Source: an uncultured Christensenella sp.
GTDB taxonomy: Bacteria > Bacillota > Clostridia > Christensenellales > UBA1242
Assembly (NCBI GenBank): GCA_948466185.1
Contig: CAOJZM010000003.1
Location: 2,578-66,577, forward strand
Length of the DNA stretch: 64,000 nucleotides
Direction of reading: 5' to 3'
Position 1 is the stretch's first letter, and each line of letters begins with the position of its first letter. The translations under genes were made by a program, and so were the position numbers. Below the pieces are notes generated by a model. It had not been told where the DNA came from. It did not search any database and worked only from the letters and a program-made list of their open reading frames with translations. This document shows positions 28,715 through 37,528 of this stretch, one piece after another.

Positions 28715-31197
28715 TTGTTGACGGAAACAGTATTGCAAACAGAGCATTCTATGCATTGCCATATTTATCTAATCATGAAGGCAAAGCATCGGGTGCCGTT
28801 TTTGGTTTTGCAAATTTGCTTATTAAACTTATTTCTCAGGAAAAGCCTGAGTATGTTGCGGTTGCATTTGACCACGGTCGTAAAACTTTTCGAAATAAAA
28901 TTTACAGCGACTATAAAGGTCAACGTAAGCCAACGCCTCCCGAACTTGTTAGTCAGTTTCCAGTGATTCGTCAGATGCTGAGTGCGATGAATATAAAGTT
29001 CTACGAAGTTGAAGGAATTGAGGCGGACGACATTATTGGAACTCTAAGTAAAAATAGCAACTTTGAAAATATTCTACTTTCAGGAGACAAGGACCTACTT
29101 CAACTTATAAATGAGAATACTCATGTGTGGCTTACAAAAAAAGGAGTATCTGAGGTTGAAAAAGTTACACCTGAAAATCTTTGTGAGGTTTATGGTGTAA
29201 AGCTGCCAAAACAGGTTATTGACCTTAAGGGGCTTATGGGGGACAGTTCTGATAATATACCCGGGGTAAAAGGTGTAGGTGAAAAAACGGCAGCCAGTCT
29301 TATAGAAAAATACGGGTCAGTTGAAGAGGTATATGCCAATATCCATGAGATTACCGGCAAATTAAAAGAAAAACTTAATGAAGGAAAAGACAACGCCTTA
29401 ATGTCAAAAACACTTGCAACCATCAAAACTGACTGTAATTTTAAATATAGTATTGAGGACTGTAAACTATCTTTTCCATTCTCAGCAAAGGCGGCGGAAT
29501 TTTTTAAGGCTTGGGATTTTGCGTCTTTACTTAAAAATGAGGTCTTATTTGGTGAAAAACTTGATATGCCGCAAGAAATTAAAGCACAACGAGTGGAAAT
29601 TACAAGTGAAATTTTAGACAAACTTCTCAAATTTACACCTCAGAAGTTCGCATATAATTTAAAAAATATGACATTCTCTGATGGCGCTGGGAAAGTATAT
29701 TTTCTTAACAGTAATTATGATATGTTTGGAAGTGCTATAACAACAGAGGAGGTTATTCAAAAACTTAAACCCATTTTCGAAGACAAAGATATTCTTAAAC
29801 TTACCTTATCGGCAAAAGACGATATCCATTTGTTGAGAAAGTATGGGATTAGTTTAAATAACTATTTTGATATAACCCTTGCAAGATACATTGCAAATGC
29901 AGGGGTAAAAGCTATGGATATTTCACAAGAGGTAAATCTTTATTTTAACCTTGCTGAAGATGTTGAAACACAAATGCGGAGAGAGGAGGTATTTCATATT
30001 TATGAACATATTGAATTGCCTCTTGTCCCAATACTTGCAAAGATGGAAGAGGATGGCTTTGCAATCAATGCCTCAAAGATAGAGGAATTGAATGAAGTTT
30101 ATTCGAAACAAATTGATAAACTGTCTAGTGAAATTTATGCAGAGGCGGGAGAAGAATTTAATATAAATTCTCCTAAACAAGTGGCTCATATTCTGTTTGA
30201 AAAACTTGGGATTGAAACATATAACAATAAAAAACAATCAACAAGTGTGGAAGTACTGGACGAAATTCGTTATATACCAATTGTGGATAAAATTCTCAAA
30301 CATCGAAAAGTGTCTAAACTCAAAAACACTTATATAGATGTTTATATGAACATATGCAAAACAAGTGGGAATATAATACACACCACTTTCAATCAAACAC
30401 TTACAAGTACAGGAAGACTGTCAAGCAGTGAACCAAATCTTCAAACCATCCCGACTCGAGATGAAGAGGGCCGCGAGTTAAGAAAGATTTTTGAATCCAA
30501 GTTTAAAGGGGGAAGCCTTACCTCTGCCGATTACAATCAAATTGAATTGCGACTGCTTGCAGATATGTCAGGGGAACAGCATCTTATTAAAGCATACAAT
30601 GAAGGCAAGGATATTCATACAATAACAGCTTCACAAATTTTTGGTAAGGGTGAGGATAAGGTTACTCCTTCTGAAAGACGAGAAGCAAAAGCAGTTAATT
30701 TTGGAATCATTTATGGAATAAGTGATTACGGCTTAAGTCAAAATATTAAGAGTTCACGTGCAAAAGCAAAGGAGTATATTGATTCATATTTTGACCGCTA
30801 TCCACTCGTAAAAAAATTTATGAATGACAATGTGGATAAAGCAACTAAGGATGGTTTTATTAAGACCATGTTTGGACGTATCAGAAAAATACCAGAAATA
30901 AACTCAGCACGTTTTCAAACCCGTTCATTTGGGCAAAGGGTGGCAATGAATATGCCACTTCAGGGCACAGCTTCCGATCTTATTAAAATTGCGATGATAA
31001 AAGTTTATAATGCACTTACATCTTTAAACAGCAGGTTGATATTACAGATTCATGATGAACTTATCGTGGATACCTATCCTGGAGAGGAAGAAAAAGTGGC
31101 AAAAATTCTTAAACATGAGATGGAAAGCGTGGTAAAATTGAAAGTTCCGCTTATAGTAAGCGTGGGACAGGGTAACAATTTATATGATTGTAAATAA
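28699..31197 (+). CDS. polA: DNA polymerase I
   Basis: 832 aa. 5' nuclease domain (LIVDGNSIANRAFYAL, GDKDLLQL, SDNIPGVKGVGEKTA) and polymerase motifs (DYNQIELR, RREAKAVNFGIIYG, QIHDEL). Confidence 0.96.
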   Translation: MAKFLIVDGNSIANRAFYALPYLSNHEGKASGAVFGFANLLIKLISQEKPEYVAVAFDHGRKTFRNKIYSDYKGQRKPTPPELVSQFPVIRQMLSAMNIKFYEVEGIEADDIIGTLSKNSNFENILLSGDKDLLQLINENTHVWLTKKGVSEVEKVTPENLCEVYGVKLPKQVIDLKGLMGDSSDNIPGVKGVGEKTAASLIEKYGSVEEVYANIHEITGKLKEKLNEGKDNALMSKTLATIKTDCNFKYSIEDCKLSFPFSAKAAEFFKAWDFASLLKNEVLFGEKLDMPQEIKAQRVEITSEILDKLLKFTPQKFAYNLKNMTFSDGAGKVYFLNSNYDMFGSAITTEEVIQKLKPIFEDKDILKLTLSAKDDIHLLRKYGISLNNYFDITLARYIANAGVKAMDISQEVNLYFNLAEDVETQMRREEVFHIYEHIELPLVPILAKMEEDGFAINASKIEELNEVYSKQIDKLSSEIYAEAGEEFNINSPKQVAHILFEKLGIETYNNKKQSTSVEVLDEIRYIPIVDKILKHRKVSKLKNTYIDVYMNICKTSGNIIHTTFNQTLTSTGRLSSSEPNLQTIPTRDEEGRELRKIFESKFKGGSLTSADYNQIELRLLADMSGEQHLIKAYNEGKDIHTITASQIFGKGEDKVTPSERREAKAVNFGIIYGISDYGLSQNIKSSRAKAKEYIDSYFDRYPLVKKFMNDNVDKATKDGFIKTMFGRIRKIPEINSARFQTRSFGQRVAMNMPLQGTASDLIKIAMIKVYNALTSLNSRLILQIHDELIVDTYPGEEEKVAKILKHEMESVVKLKVPLIVSVGQGNNLYDCK

Positions 31198-31213
31198 AAG
31201 TTAATAATTTTGT

Positions 31214-31242
31214 TTGACATAAAATTTTAAAAGATTTACAAT
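31214..31242 (+). promoter_or_regulatory. near-consensus sigma-A promoter for ruvX
   Basis: TTGACA (31214-31219), 17-nt spacer, TACAAT (31237-31242). Confidence 0.5.
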
Positions 31243-31257
31243 GAAGATGGTGATAAG

Positions 31258-31680
31258 ATGCAGACACACAGAAAAATGGGGGTTGATTACGGAGATAAAC
31301 GTATAGGAATTGCTTTTACTGATCCGCTCAACATCATTTGCAGTCCTTATGAAGTTTATCTAAACATTGGAGAGGCTGACGCCTTGAACCACCTTGATAA
31401 ACTTATAAAAGAAAACAATGTTGATGAAGTTGCAATGGGGCTTCCTCTTAATATGGATGGAAGCGAAGGGGAAAGAGCAGCCTTACATCGTGCCTTCGGA
31501 GAAAAACTTGCCCAGATTTCAAATGTTAAAGTGCATTTTATTGATGAACGCTTAACCTCGGCAGAAGCAGAAGAATTTTTAATTCAAAGCGGTGTACGAA
31601 GGGAAAAGCGAAAGGAAATCATTGATAAGATTGCTGCACAAATCATATTACAAAGTTTTATGAATAGTCGTAAAAAGTAG
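31258..31680 (+). CDS. ruvX: Holliday-junction resolvase-like / pre-16S rRNA nuclease YqgF
   Basis: MGVDYGDKRIGIAFTD, GLPLNMDGSEG, DERLTSAEAE motifs. Confidence 0.9.
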   Translation: MQTHRKMGVDYGDKRIGIAFTDPLNIICSPYEVYLNIGEADALNHLDKLIKENNVDEVAMGLPLNMDGSEGERAALHRAFGEKLAQISNVKVHFIDERLTSAEAEEFLIQSGVRREKRKEIIDKIAAQIILQSFMNSRKK

Positions 31681-31714
31681 ACTATTTAAAATTAAAAAAG
31701 GGGAATTATATATT

Positions 31715-32188
31715 ATGGAAAAGAAACCAATAGCTAAAAAAGAAGAGAAAAAACCAGTTGACCTTTTGGATGTCCTTCTCGACCAAGAGAACCGTGATCC
31801 AATTGTTCTTCAAGATGAAAATGGCCGTCAACTCACATTTGAGCAAGTGGCTGTTATACCTTACGACCTTGACGAAAAAACAAGAAAACTTTATGTTGTT
31901 TTGAAGCCAGTTGACAAGATTGACGGTATTGCTGATGATGAAGCTGTTGTATTTGTTTGTGACCAAGACAAAGCTGGAAACACAGTGCTTAAAGTTGAAG
32001 AAAATGAAGAACTTGCAATCTCTGTTTTTGATAAGTACTATGACCTTCTTGAAGAAGCAAGTGCAAAGGCTAAAAAGGAAAAGAAAGCAGCAACTGCAAA
32101 GAAAACAGAAAAAGCACCTGCAAAAACTGCAACTAAGACTGCCACAAAAACAGCAGGCAAAACCGCAGGAAAGAAAACAACAAAATAA
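31715..32188 (+). CDS. DUF1292-family protein with Lys/Thr/Ala-rich repeat tail
   Basis: DENGRQLTFEQVAVIPYD...LYVVLKPV...DEAVVF core typical of DUF1292, in the conserved position after ruvX. Confidence 0.75.
   Translation: MEKKPIAKKEEKKPVDLLDVLLDQENRDPIVLQDENGRQLTFEQVAVIPYDLDEKTRKLYVVLKPVDKIDGIADDEAVVFVCDQDKAGNTVLKVEENEELAISVFDKYYDLLEEASAKAKKEKKAATAKKTEKAPAKTATKTATKTAGKTAGKKTTK
32126..32173 (+). repeat. 4 x 12-nt imperfect in-frame tandem repeat (TATK TATK TAGK TAGK)
   Basis: ACTGCAACTAAG ACTGCCACAAAA ACAGCAGGCAAA ACCGCAGGAAAG, read directly. Confidence 0.7.
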
Positions 32189-32244
32189 GGTTGCTTTTAA
32201 CTTTGCGATAAGATTTTTTTAAATCAGTTTAATTATATTAATTA

Positions 32245-32273
32245 AAAAGGCGGGTTTATTGCCTGCTTTTTTT
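32245..32273 (+). terminator. rho-independent terminator
   Basis: AGGCGGG-tttattg-CCTGCTT followed by TTTTT. Confidence 0.55.
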
Positions 32274-32356
32274 GTTGATATAATTTTGTATATTTTATGA
32301 TTTTTTGAACATCATATTATTACAAGGCAGGGGCCTTGAATAAGGAGGTGAAAACT

Positions 32357-32494
32357 ATGTTCGGTAAAAGTAAGAAGGAAAAGAAACCTTCAAAACGCAA
32401 AGTTGAGGCCGGTAGTGAGGCTAAAGGTTGTTCAACAAGAAATTCAACCAAGTCCGAAACTAAAAACTCAACAAAAGCTACTGACAAACAATAA
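32357..32494 (+). CDS. unannotated small basic hydrophilic protein (45 aa)
   Basis: AAGGAGGTG RBS 6 nt before the ATG. Encodes MFGKSKKEKKPSKRKVEAGSEAKGCSTRNSTKSETKNSTKATDKQ*. Flanked by terminators. Below the ORF-track length cut-off. Confidence 0.5.
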   Translation: MFGKSKKEKKPSKRKVEAGSEAKGCSTRNSTKSETKNSTKATDKQ

Positions 32495-32537
32495 CAGTTT
32501 GTAATAGTTTTCAACTAAAAAAGCGGATTTTCCGCAT

Positions 32538-32571
32538 TAAAAAATCCATAGGAGAAACCTATGGATTTTTT
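32538..32571. terminator. bidirectional rho-independent terminator
   Basis: AAAAAA-ATCCATAGG-agaaa-CCTATGGAT-TTTTT between convergent genes. Confidence 0.8.
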
Positions 32572-32576
32572 ATTCA

Positions 32577-33278
32577 TTATTGATTGAACATTGAATAGCT
32601 AAGTTTTGAAACTGTGAAGCTTATTTTATCATTTGAGAAAGTGTATAATCCTGTATTTTCATCAAAAAGTGAATTGTCTATAATAATATCTTTTACCAAT
32701 TCGTGCTTTACATCTGTCCCTTCTCTATTAGTTATTTTAAGATTAAGTGTAAAAGTATAAGACAGTGGATTTGAACCATCAAACAGCCTGAAAACTTCGC
32801 TTTCGACTTTTCCTTCCTCATTTATCAAGCCGGAGGATATGGTGCGAACTTGGGCAGTGTTGTTCGTTGGAGCATAGGTCATTGTATATTCAATACTTGA
32901 ATAGTCAGTTGAAAGATAGGAAAGGTTTGTCATAAGGGCATAACTCATGGAAGAAGCAGAGTTTTCTTCAAATACGGCAGTATAGTTTCCCTGTGTTGAT
33001 TCGCTTACTGTCAATGAAAAGGTGGAATCAAAGGTGTAAATTGAAACATAGTCTTTTATCCAGCATATAAATGGATTTGTTTCCGGGTTGCGTGCTGTTG
33101 CAACAAGTGTGATATTTGTACCGTCAATCCATGAATTGTTGCCACCAGAAACACTTCCAAGTTCGGCATTGCTTGACCTTGAAGTCACAGAAAAATATTT
33201 CGGATCTTCACATCCTGAAAACAACATTATTGGAAGAATAAAAAGTATTGATAAAATTAAACATTTTGATTTCTTCAT
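32577..33278 (-). CDS. lipoprotein, unknown function
   Basis: Signal peptide with lipobox LFSGC (MKKSKCLILSILFILPIMLFSGCEDP). RBS GAGAGG. Confidence 0.7.
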   Translation of the reverse strand: MKKSKCLILSILFILPIMLFSGCEDPKYFSVTSRSSNAELGSVSGGNNSWIDGTNITLVATARNPETNPFICWIKDYVSIYTFDSTFSLTVSESTQGNYTAVFEENSASSMSYALMTNLSYLSTDYSSIEYTMTYAPTNNTAQVRTISSGLINEEGKVESEVFRLFDGSNPLSYTFTLNLKITNREGTDVKHELVKDIIIDNSLFDENTGLYTFSNDKISFTVSKLSYSMFNQ

Positions 33279-33413
33279 TATTTCCTCTCATTTAAATTAT
33301 CCATTATTTTATTTTTTTTGTCAAATTATTTTTTATTTATAAAAGAAAAGAATTTAACTTTTTAGAGTATTTTTCTCCTCTCTGCATAGAATATACTTTG
33401 AAAAGGAGTTTAT

Positions 33414-34181
33414 ATGTGGGAGTTTTCCTTAAATTTAGATAACCGCGAACCTGCGGATATGCTGTTTAATTCAATTAAAGACCTGACCACAAAACTTGGG
33501 GGAATAGTAACTTCCACATGTGAGAACGGGCATACCAGCATAATTATTGGCATGGATGAAAGCAAAAGGGAGGAAATTGAAAATTATCTCTCTCGGGCTA
33601 TAACCCAAACGATTTGCACTTATTATAAAGAATCATTCCTAGACAAGTATCTTTTTTTGCCACAACATGACAAAATTGGTGTGGTTGCATTTAAAAAGGC
33701 ACTTTTAAATTTTGATAGAGAAACTGATTATTATCTTGTTGAAAAAAGTTTGTCCTTTAATAAAAACCTTTATATTGAAAGTTTTTATGAATTTAAACTT
33801 AAAAACTTAAAAGCAAAATGGACCGAACTTGTGGCCCTTGCAAATGAAAATAGGGATTATCTTATAAGTGCAGATTCTTTTTTGGATTTATTAAAATTTC
33901 TTGTTGAGAATCTTGATATATGTGAGGATGAAATTAATGTCATCGAAGAGGATAATGGCTATAAAATTTATCTTGGATGCAATGAAGGCTTGCAAAATGA
34001 TTATAATGAAACCGTGCTAAATGAAGAAGGTTTGATTTCCTCAATTATTGATCTTTCGCCTCAAAAGATAAACATCTATTGTAATGGTAAAAATAAAGCA
34101 ACAAGCCTACTTGAAAAAATCTATGAAAAACGCATTGTTGTAAAAACAGCATGTGCACTTACCAGCATCAATAAATCTTAA
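33414..34181 (+). CDS. ytxC: putative sporulation protein YtxC
   Basis: 255 aa with RBS AAGGAG. Sits directly upstream of thrS, as ytxC does in Bacilli/Clostridia. Call rests mainly on synteny and size. Confidence 0.55.
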   Translation: MWEFSLNLDNREPADMLFNSIKDLTTKLGGIVTSTCENGHTSIIIGMDESKREEIENYLSRAITQTICTYYKESFLDKYLFLPQHDKIGVVAFKKALLNFDRETDYYLVEKSLSFNKNLYIESFYEFKLKNLKAKWTELVALANENRDYLISADSFLDLLKFLVENLDICEDEINVIEEDNGYKIYLGCNEGLQNDYNETVLNEEGLISSIIDLSPQKINIYCNGKNKATSLLEKIYEKRIVVKTACALTSINKS

Positions 34182-34200
34182 ATAAAATTATAAAAAACTG

Positions 34201-34230
34201 TTGACTTTTTACTTTGCGCAGTGGTATTAT
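34201..34230 (+). promoter_or_regulatory. sigma-A promoter of the thrS leader
   Basis: TTGACT (34201-34206), 18-nt spacer, TATTAT (34225-34230). Confidence 0.5.
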
Positions 34231-34236
34231 TTAATC

Positions 34237-34452
34237 AAGATAGCATTAGCGAAAGACAAGTAGTTTTATTATGACGCGTTCAGAGAAGGGTTGGCAGCTG
34301 AAAAACCTAAGCGAAAAATAAAATGAAACCACTTTTTGCCAAAATATGCCCGAAAAATGAGTGGTAGAGTAATCTACAATTAAGGTGGAACCGCGGTTTA
34401 GAGCAAATCGTCCTTAAATAAGAGGAATCTTATTTTTAAGGGCGTTTTTTAA
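34237..34452 (+). promoter_or_regulatory. T-box riboswitch leader (Thr, specifier ACC) with terminator/antiterminator
   Basis: AGCGA and AGAGA stem-I elements. GAA-ACC-A specifier context (ACC at 34328-34330). T-box sequence AATTAAGGTGGAACCGCGG (34378-34397). Terminator CCTTAAATAAGA...TCTTATTTTTAAGG plus T6 (34412-34450). Confidence 0.85.
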
Positions 34453-34476
34453 TGCAAAGAAAGGAGATATACAATT

Positions 34477-36219
34477 ATGAAACTTGAAAAACACGTTGAC
34501 AAAGAACTTGAAATTGCAAGACACTCATTTGCTCATATTTTGGCAAAGGCAATTTGCGAGCTTTATCCAGAAACGAAACTTACAATAGGCCCTGCGATTG
34601 AGGACGGTTGCTATTATGACATAGACCTTCCTACAAATAGGATAACACCTGATGAGTATAGTGAAATTGAAAAAATTATGACCGAGATTATAAACAAGGG
34701 CGAAAAGTTTACAAAGGTGGTTGTAAGCAAATCAAAGGCTCTTGATATGTTCAAACATAATGAATATAAAACAGAAATTATTGATGAGCTTCCTTATAAT
34801 GAAGATATTTCAATCTATTTCACAGGAGATGACTTTTTCGACCTTTGCCGTGGACCTCATGTTGAAAGTACCAACAAACTTCAAAATTATGGATTTAAAA
34901 TTCACAGCGTGAATGGTGCATACTGGCGTGGAAACGAGAAAAATAAGATGCTTCAACGTGTATATTTGTATGTGTTCAAAACTAAAAAAGAACTTGCTGA
35001 ACATATGCAACTGCTTGAAGAAGCTAAGAAACGCGATAACCGTAAACTCGGCAAAGAACTTGGGCTTTTCATGATTTCTCCAGAAGGACCGGGATTCCCA
35101 TTCTACCTTCCAAATGGAATGGTTGTAAGGAATGAACTTATAGATTTCTGGCACCAAATTCATAGAGAAGCAGGGTATCAGGAGGTTTTGACCCCTATCA
35201 TGCTTTCTCGTCATCTTTGGGAAACTTCTGGACACTGGGATCACTATAAAGACAATATGTACACCACAAAGATTGATGACACCGACTTCGCAATCAAACC
35301 AATGAACTGCCCAGGTGGCATACTTGTATACAAAAATTCCCCACATTCTTATAGAGATTTACCACTCAGAATAGGCGAACTTGGACTTGTTCACAGACAT
35401 GAAAAATCTGGCGAACTTGGCGGAATGATGCGTGTGAGATGCTTCACTCAAGATGATGCCCACATCTTTATGACACCATCTCAAATTAAAGATGAAATCA
35501 AAAATGTTGTGGCACTTATTGATAAAGTATATTCAGTTTTTAATCTTGACTATGAAATCGAACTTTCAACTAGACCAGAAAATAGTATGGGAAGTGATGA
35601 GGATTGGGAACTTGCAACAAACGCTCTTGTTGAGGCCCTTGACGAACTTGGAAGGGATTACATTGTGAATGAAGGCGACGGAGCATTCTATGGCCCTAAG
35701 ATTGACTTCCACTTGAAAGACGCCATTGGAAGAACTTGGCAATGCGGAACTATCCAACTTGACTTCCAACTTCCTCAACGCTTTGAACTTGAATATGTTG
35801 GCGAAGATGGCGAGAAACATAGACCTGTTATGATACATCGTGTTATATATGGTGCACTAGATAGATTCTTTGGAATTTTAATTGAACACTTTGCCGGTGC
35901 CTTCCCACTTTGGCTTGCACCTGAACAGGTGAGAGTGCTTACCTTAACTGAAAGAAATAACGAATATGCAAACAATATTTATAACCAGTTGAAAGAAAAT
36001 GGACTTCGTGCAACACTTGACGACAGAAATGAAAAGATTGGATATAAGATTCGTGAAGCCATGTCACTCAAGATTCCTTATCTTATTATTGTTGGAGATG
36101 AGGAGGAAAAGACAAACACTATTTCAATTCGTGGTAGGGGTTATGAAAACAAATCTGGCCTTAAGCTTGCGGATTTTGTCGAAAGGCTTAAAAAAGAAAT
36201 CAAAACCAAGAAAATTTAA
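34477..36219 (+). CDS. thrS: threonine--tRNA ligase (lacks N-terminal TGS domain)
   Basis: 580 aa. Starts at the editing/SAD region (RHSFAHILAKA). Class II motifs HRHEKSGELGGMMRVRCFTQDDAH and GAFYGPKIDF, plus the anticodon-binding C-terminus. Confidence 0.95.
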   Translation: MKLEKHVDKELEIARHSFAHILAKAICELYPETKLTIGPAIEDGCYYDIDLPTNRITPDEYSEIEKIMTEIINKGEKFTKVVVSKSKALDMFKHNEYKTEIIDELPYNEDISIYFTGDDFFDLCRGPHVESTNKLQNYGFKIHSVNGAYWRGNEKNKMLQRVYLYVFKTKKELAEHMQLLEEAKKRDNRKLGKELGLFMISPEGPGFPFYLPNGMVVRNELIDFWHQIHREAGYQEVLTPIMLSRHLWETSGHWDHYKDNMYTTKIDDTDFAIKPMNCPGGILVYKNSPHSYRDLPLRIGELGLVHRHEKSGELGGMMRVRCFTQDDAHIFMTPSQIKDEIKNVVALIDKVYSVFNLDYEIELSTRPENSMGSDEDWELATNALVEALDELGRDYIVNEGDGAFYGPKIDFHLKDAIGRTWQCGTIQLDFQLPQRFELEYVGEDGEKHRPVMIHRVIYGALDRFFGILIEHFAGAFPLWLAPEQVRVLTLTERNNEYANNIYNQLKENGLRATLDDRNEKIGYKIREAMSLKIPYLIIVGDEEEKTNTISIRGRGYENKSGLKLADFVERLKKEIKTKKI

Positions 36220-36271
36220 TGTAAAAACATTTTGATAAAAGCCGCGATTATGTTAAACTAGGGAGGTAAAT

Positions 36272-36352
36272 ATGACATTTGATGGAATAATGCTTGTTGG
36301 GTGTATAATTTTCTTTCTGTTTATTTTCATCTTTGTCATGCTGAAAAAGTAG
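36272..36352 (+). CDS. candidate 26-aa hydrophobic micro-protein
   Basis: GGGAGG RBS 5 nt before the ATG. Encodes MTFDGIMLVGCIIFFLFIFIFVMLKK*, immediately upstream of yajC. Confidence 0.35.
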   Translation: MTFDGIMLVGCIIFFLFIFIFVMLKK

Positions 36353-36377
36353 CATTTCAAAAATAGGAGGATTAAAC

Positions 36378-36857
36378 ATGGAAGTTACACAAATCATTTT
36401 GATAGTTTTTATTGTACTGCTTGTTATTGCATATCCAATACTTGTTAGCACAAGAAACAAAAAAGAAAATCAAAAAATGCAGGAGCAAACAAATTCGCTT
36501 AAACGAGGAGACAAGGTGCTTACAACAAGTGGAGTATATGGCACTATAGTTGATCTTGTTATGGAAGCAGATAAAAAAATCGTGACCATTGAAACTGGTT
36601 CGGGTAAAAACAAGGGCTATCTCAGCGTTGATGCATATGCAATCTACAATGTTTTTAGAGATGAACCTGCAAAACCAGAAGAAAAGAAACTTGAAGAAAC
36701 AACTGAAAAACAAGTAAATAAATCAAGCAAAAAAGAATCTTCAGATGTTGCTGCAGTTGAAGCGGCACCTATGCAGGAAGCAACTTCAGTTGAAACGACT
36801 TCAAATATAGAAGCTCAAATCAGCGGTAAAAAAACTCGCAAAAAGAAGGGAGAATAA
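36378..36857 (+). CDS. yajC: preprotein translocase subunit YajC (with extended acidic/Ser-rich C-terminus)
   Basis: N-terminal TM segment then LKRGDKVLTTSGVYGTIVDL signature. RBS AGGAGG. Confidence 0.85.
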   Translation: MEVTQIILIVFIVLLVIAYPILVSTRNKKENQKMQEQTNSLKRGDKVLTTSGVYGTIVDLVMEADKKIVTIETGSGKNKGYLSVDAYAIYNVFRDEPAKPEEKKLEETTEKQVNKSSKKESSDVAAVEAAPMQEATSVETTSNIEAQISGKKTRKKKGE

Positions 36858-36882
36858 AAAAGTGGCAAATGCCACTTTTTTT
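36856..36882 (+). terminator. rho-independent terminator
   Basis: AGTGGCA-aa-TGCCACT followed by TTTTTTT. Confidence 0.75.
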
Positions 36883-36975
36883 GTGTGAATTGACCAAACT
36901 ATGTTACTCCAATTTAGTTCTATTACAAAAAATCTTCTCATAAATTAAAGTATAGCTAAATTTATGGAGGATAAA

Positions 36976-37398
36976 ATGAAATTGAAAATTAAATCAAGAA
37001 ATCTTGATTCATCCAAACTTAAAAACACCTTGCTATTATCCATCTTAAAGGGCAGTTTAGTGGCAGTTTGTTTTTCCCTTATAGGTATTTTAGTTTTTGC
37101 TTTTATTTTAAAGTTTACTAATATTTCCGACAGTGTAATAAACCCAGTAAATCAGGTGATTAAAGGAGCAAGTGTTTTTCTTGGTGTTTTTATAGGGCTT
37201 AAGAAGCAAAAAGAAATGGGGCTGGTAAGTGGGCTTTTAATCGGGCTTGTCTATACGATTGTTGCCTTTTTAGTATTTTCTATATTAGATGGATGTTTTG
37301 TTTTTGACAGAACTCTTCTTAATGATATTTTATTTGGTGGACTTATGGGCTCTATTTGCGGAATTATATGCGTAAATATCAAAAAAAGTTCGGTCTAA
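36976..37398 (+). CDS. small membrane protein (3-4 TM) upstream of secD
   Basis: Hydrophobic, about 140 aa. GGAGGA precedes the ATG at 36976; the ORF track starts at 36964. Confidence 0.6.
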   Translation: MKLKIKSRNLDSSKLKNTLLLSILKGSLVAVCFSLIGILVFAFILKFTNISDSVINPVNQVIKGASVFLGVFIGLKKQKEMGLVSGLLIGLVYTIVAFLVFSILDGCFVFDRTLLNDILFGGLMGSICGIICVNIKKSSV

Positions 37399-37411
37399 CT
37401 CAAAAAAACAT

Positions 37412-37440
37412 TTGACATAACCCCCTTATTCTTTTATACT
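37412..37440 (+). promoter_or_regulatory. near-consensus sigma-A promoter for secDF
   Basis: TTGACA (37412-37417), 17-nt spacer, TATACT (37435-37440). Confidence 0.5.
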
Positions 37441-37528
37441 TAATGGGTAAGAAAAATTGTGTCTAAAACATAATCTTGTTGGATATAATTTAAATACCTT
37501 AAGGCAGAAGAGTAAAGGGGACTTTTTA

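Noticed and set aside
32320-32514. 64-aa minus-strand ORF between the DUF1292 gene and the lipoprotein gene
   Set aside because: It has no RBS and lies between terminators that fit a + strand unit. The + strand 45-aa ORF with an AAGGAGGTG RBS explains the locus better.
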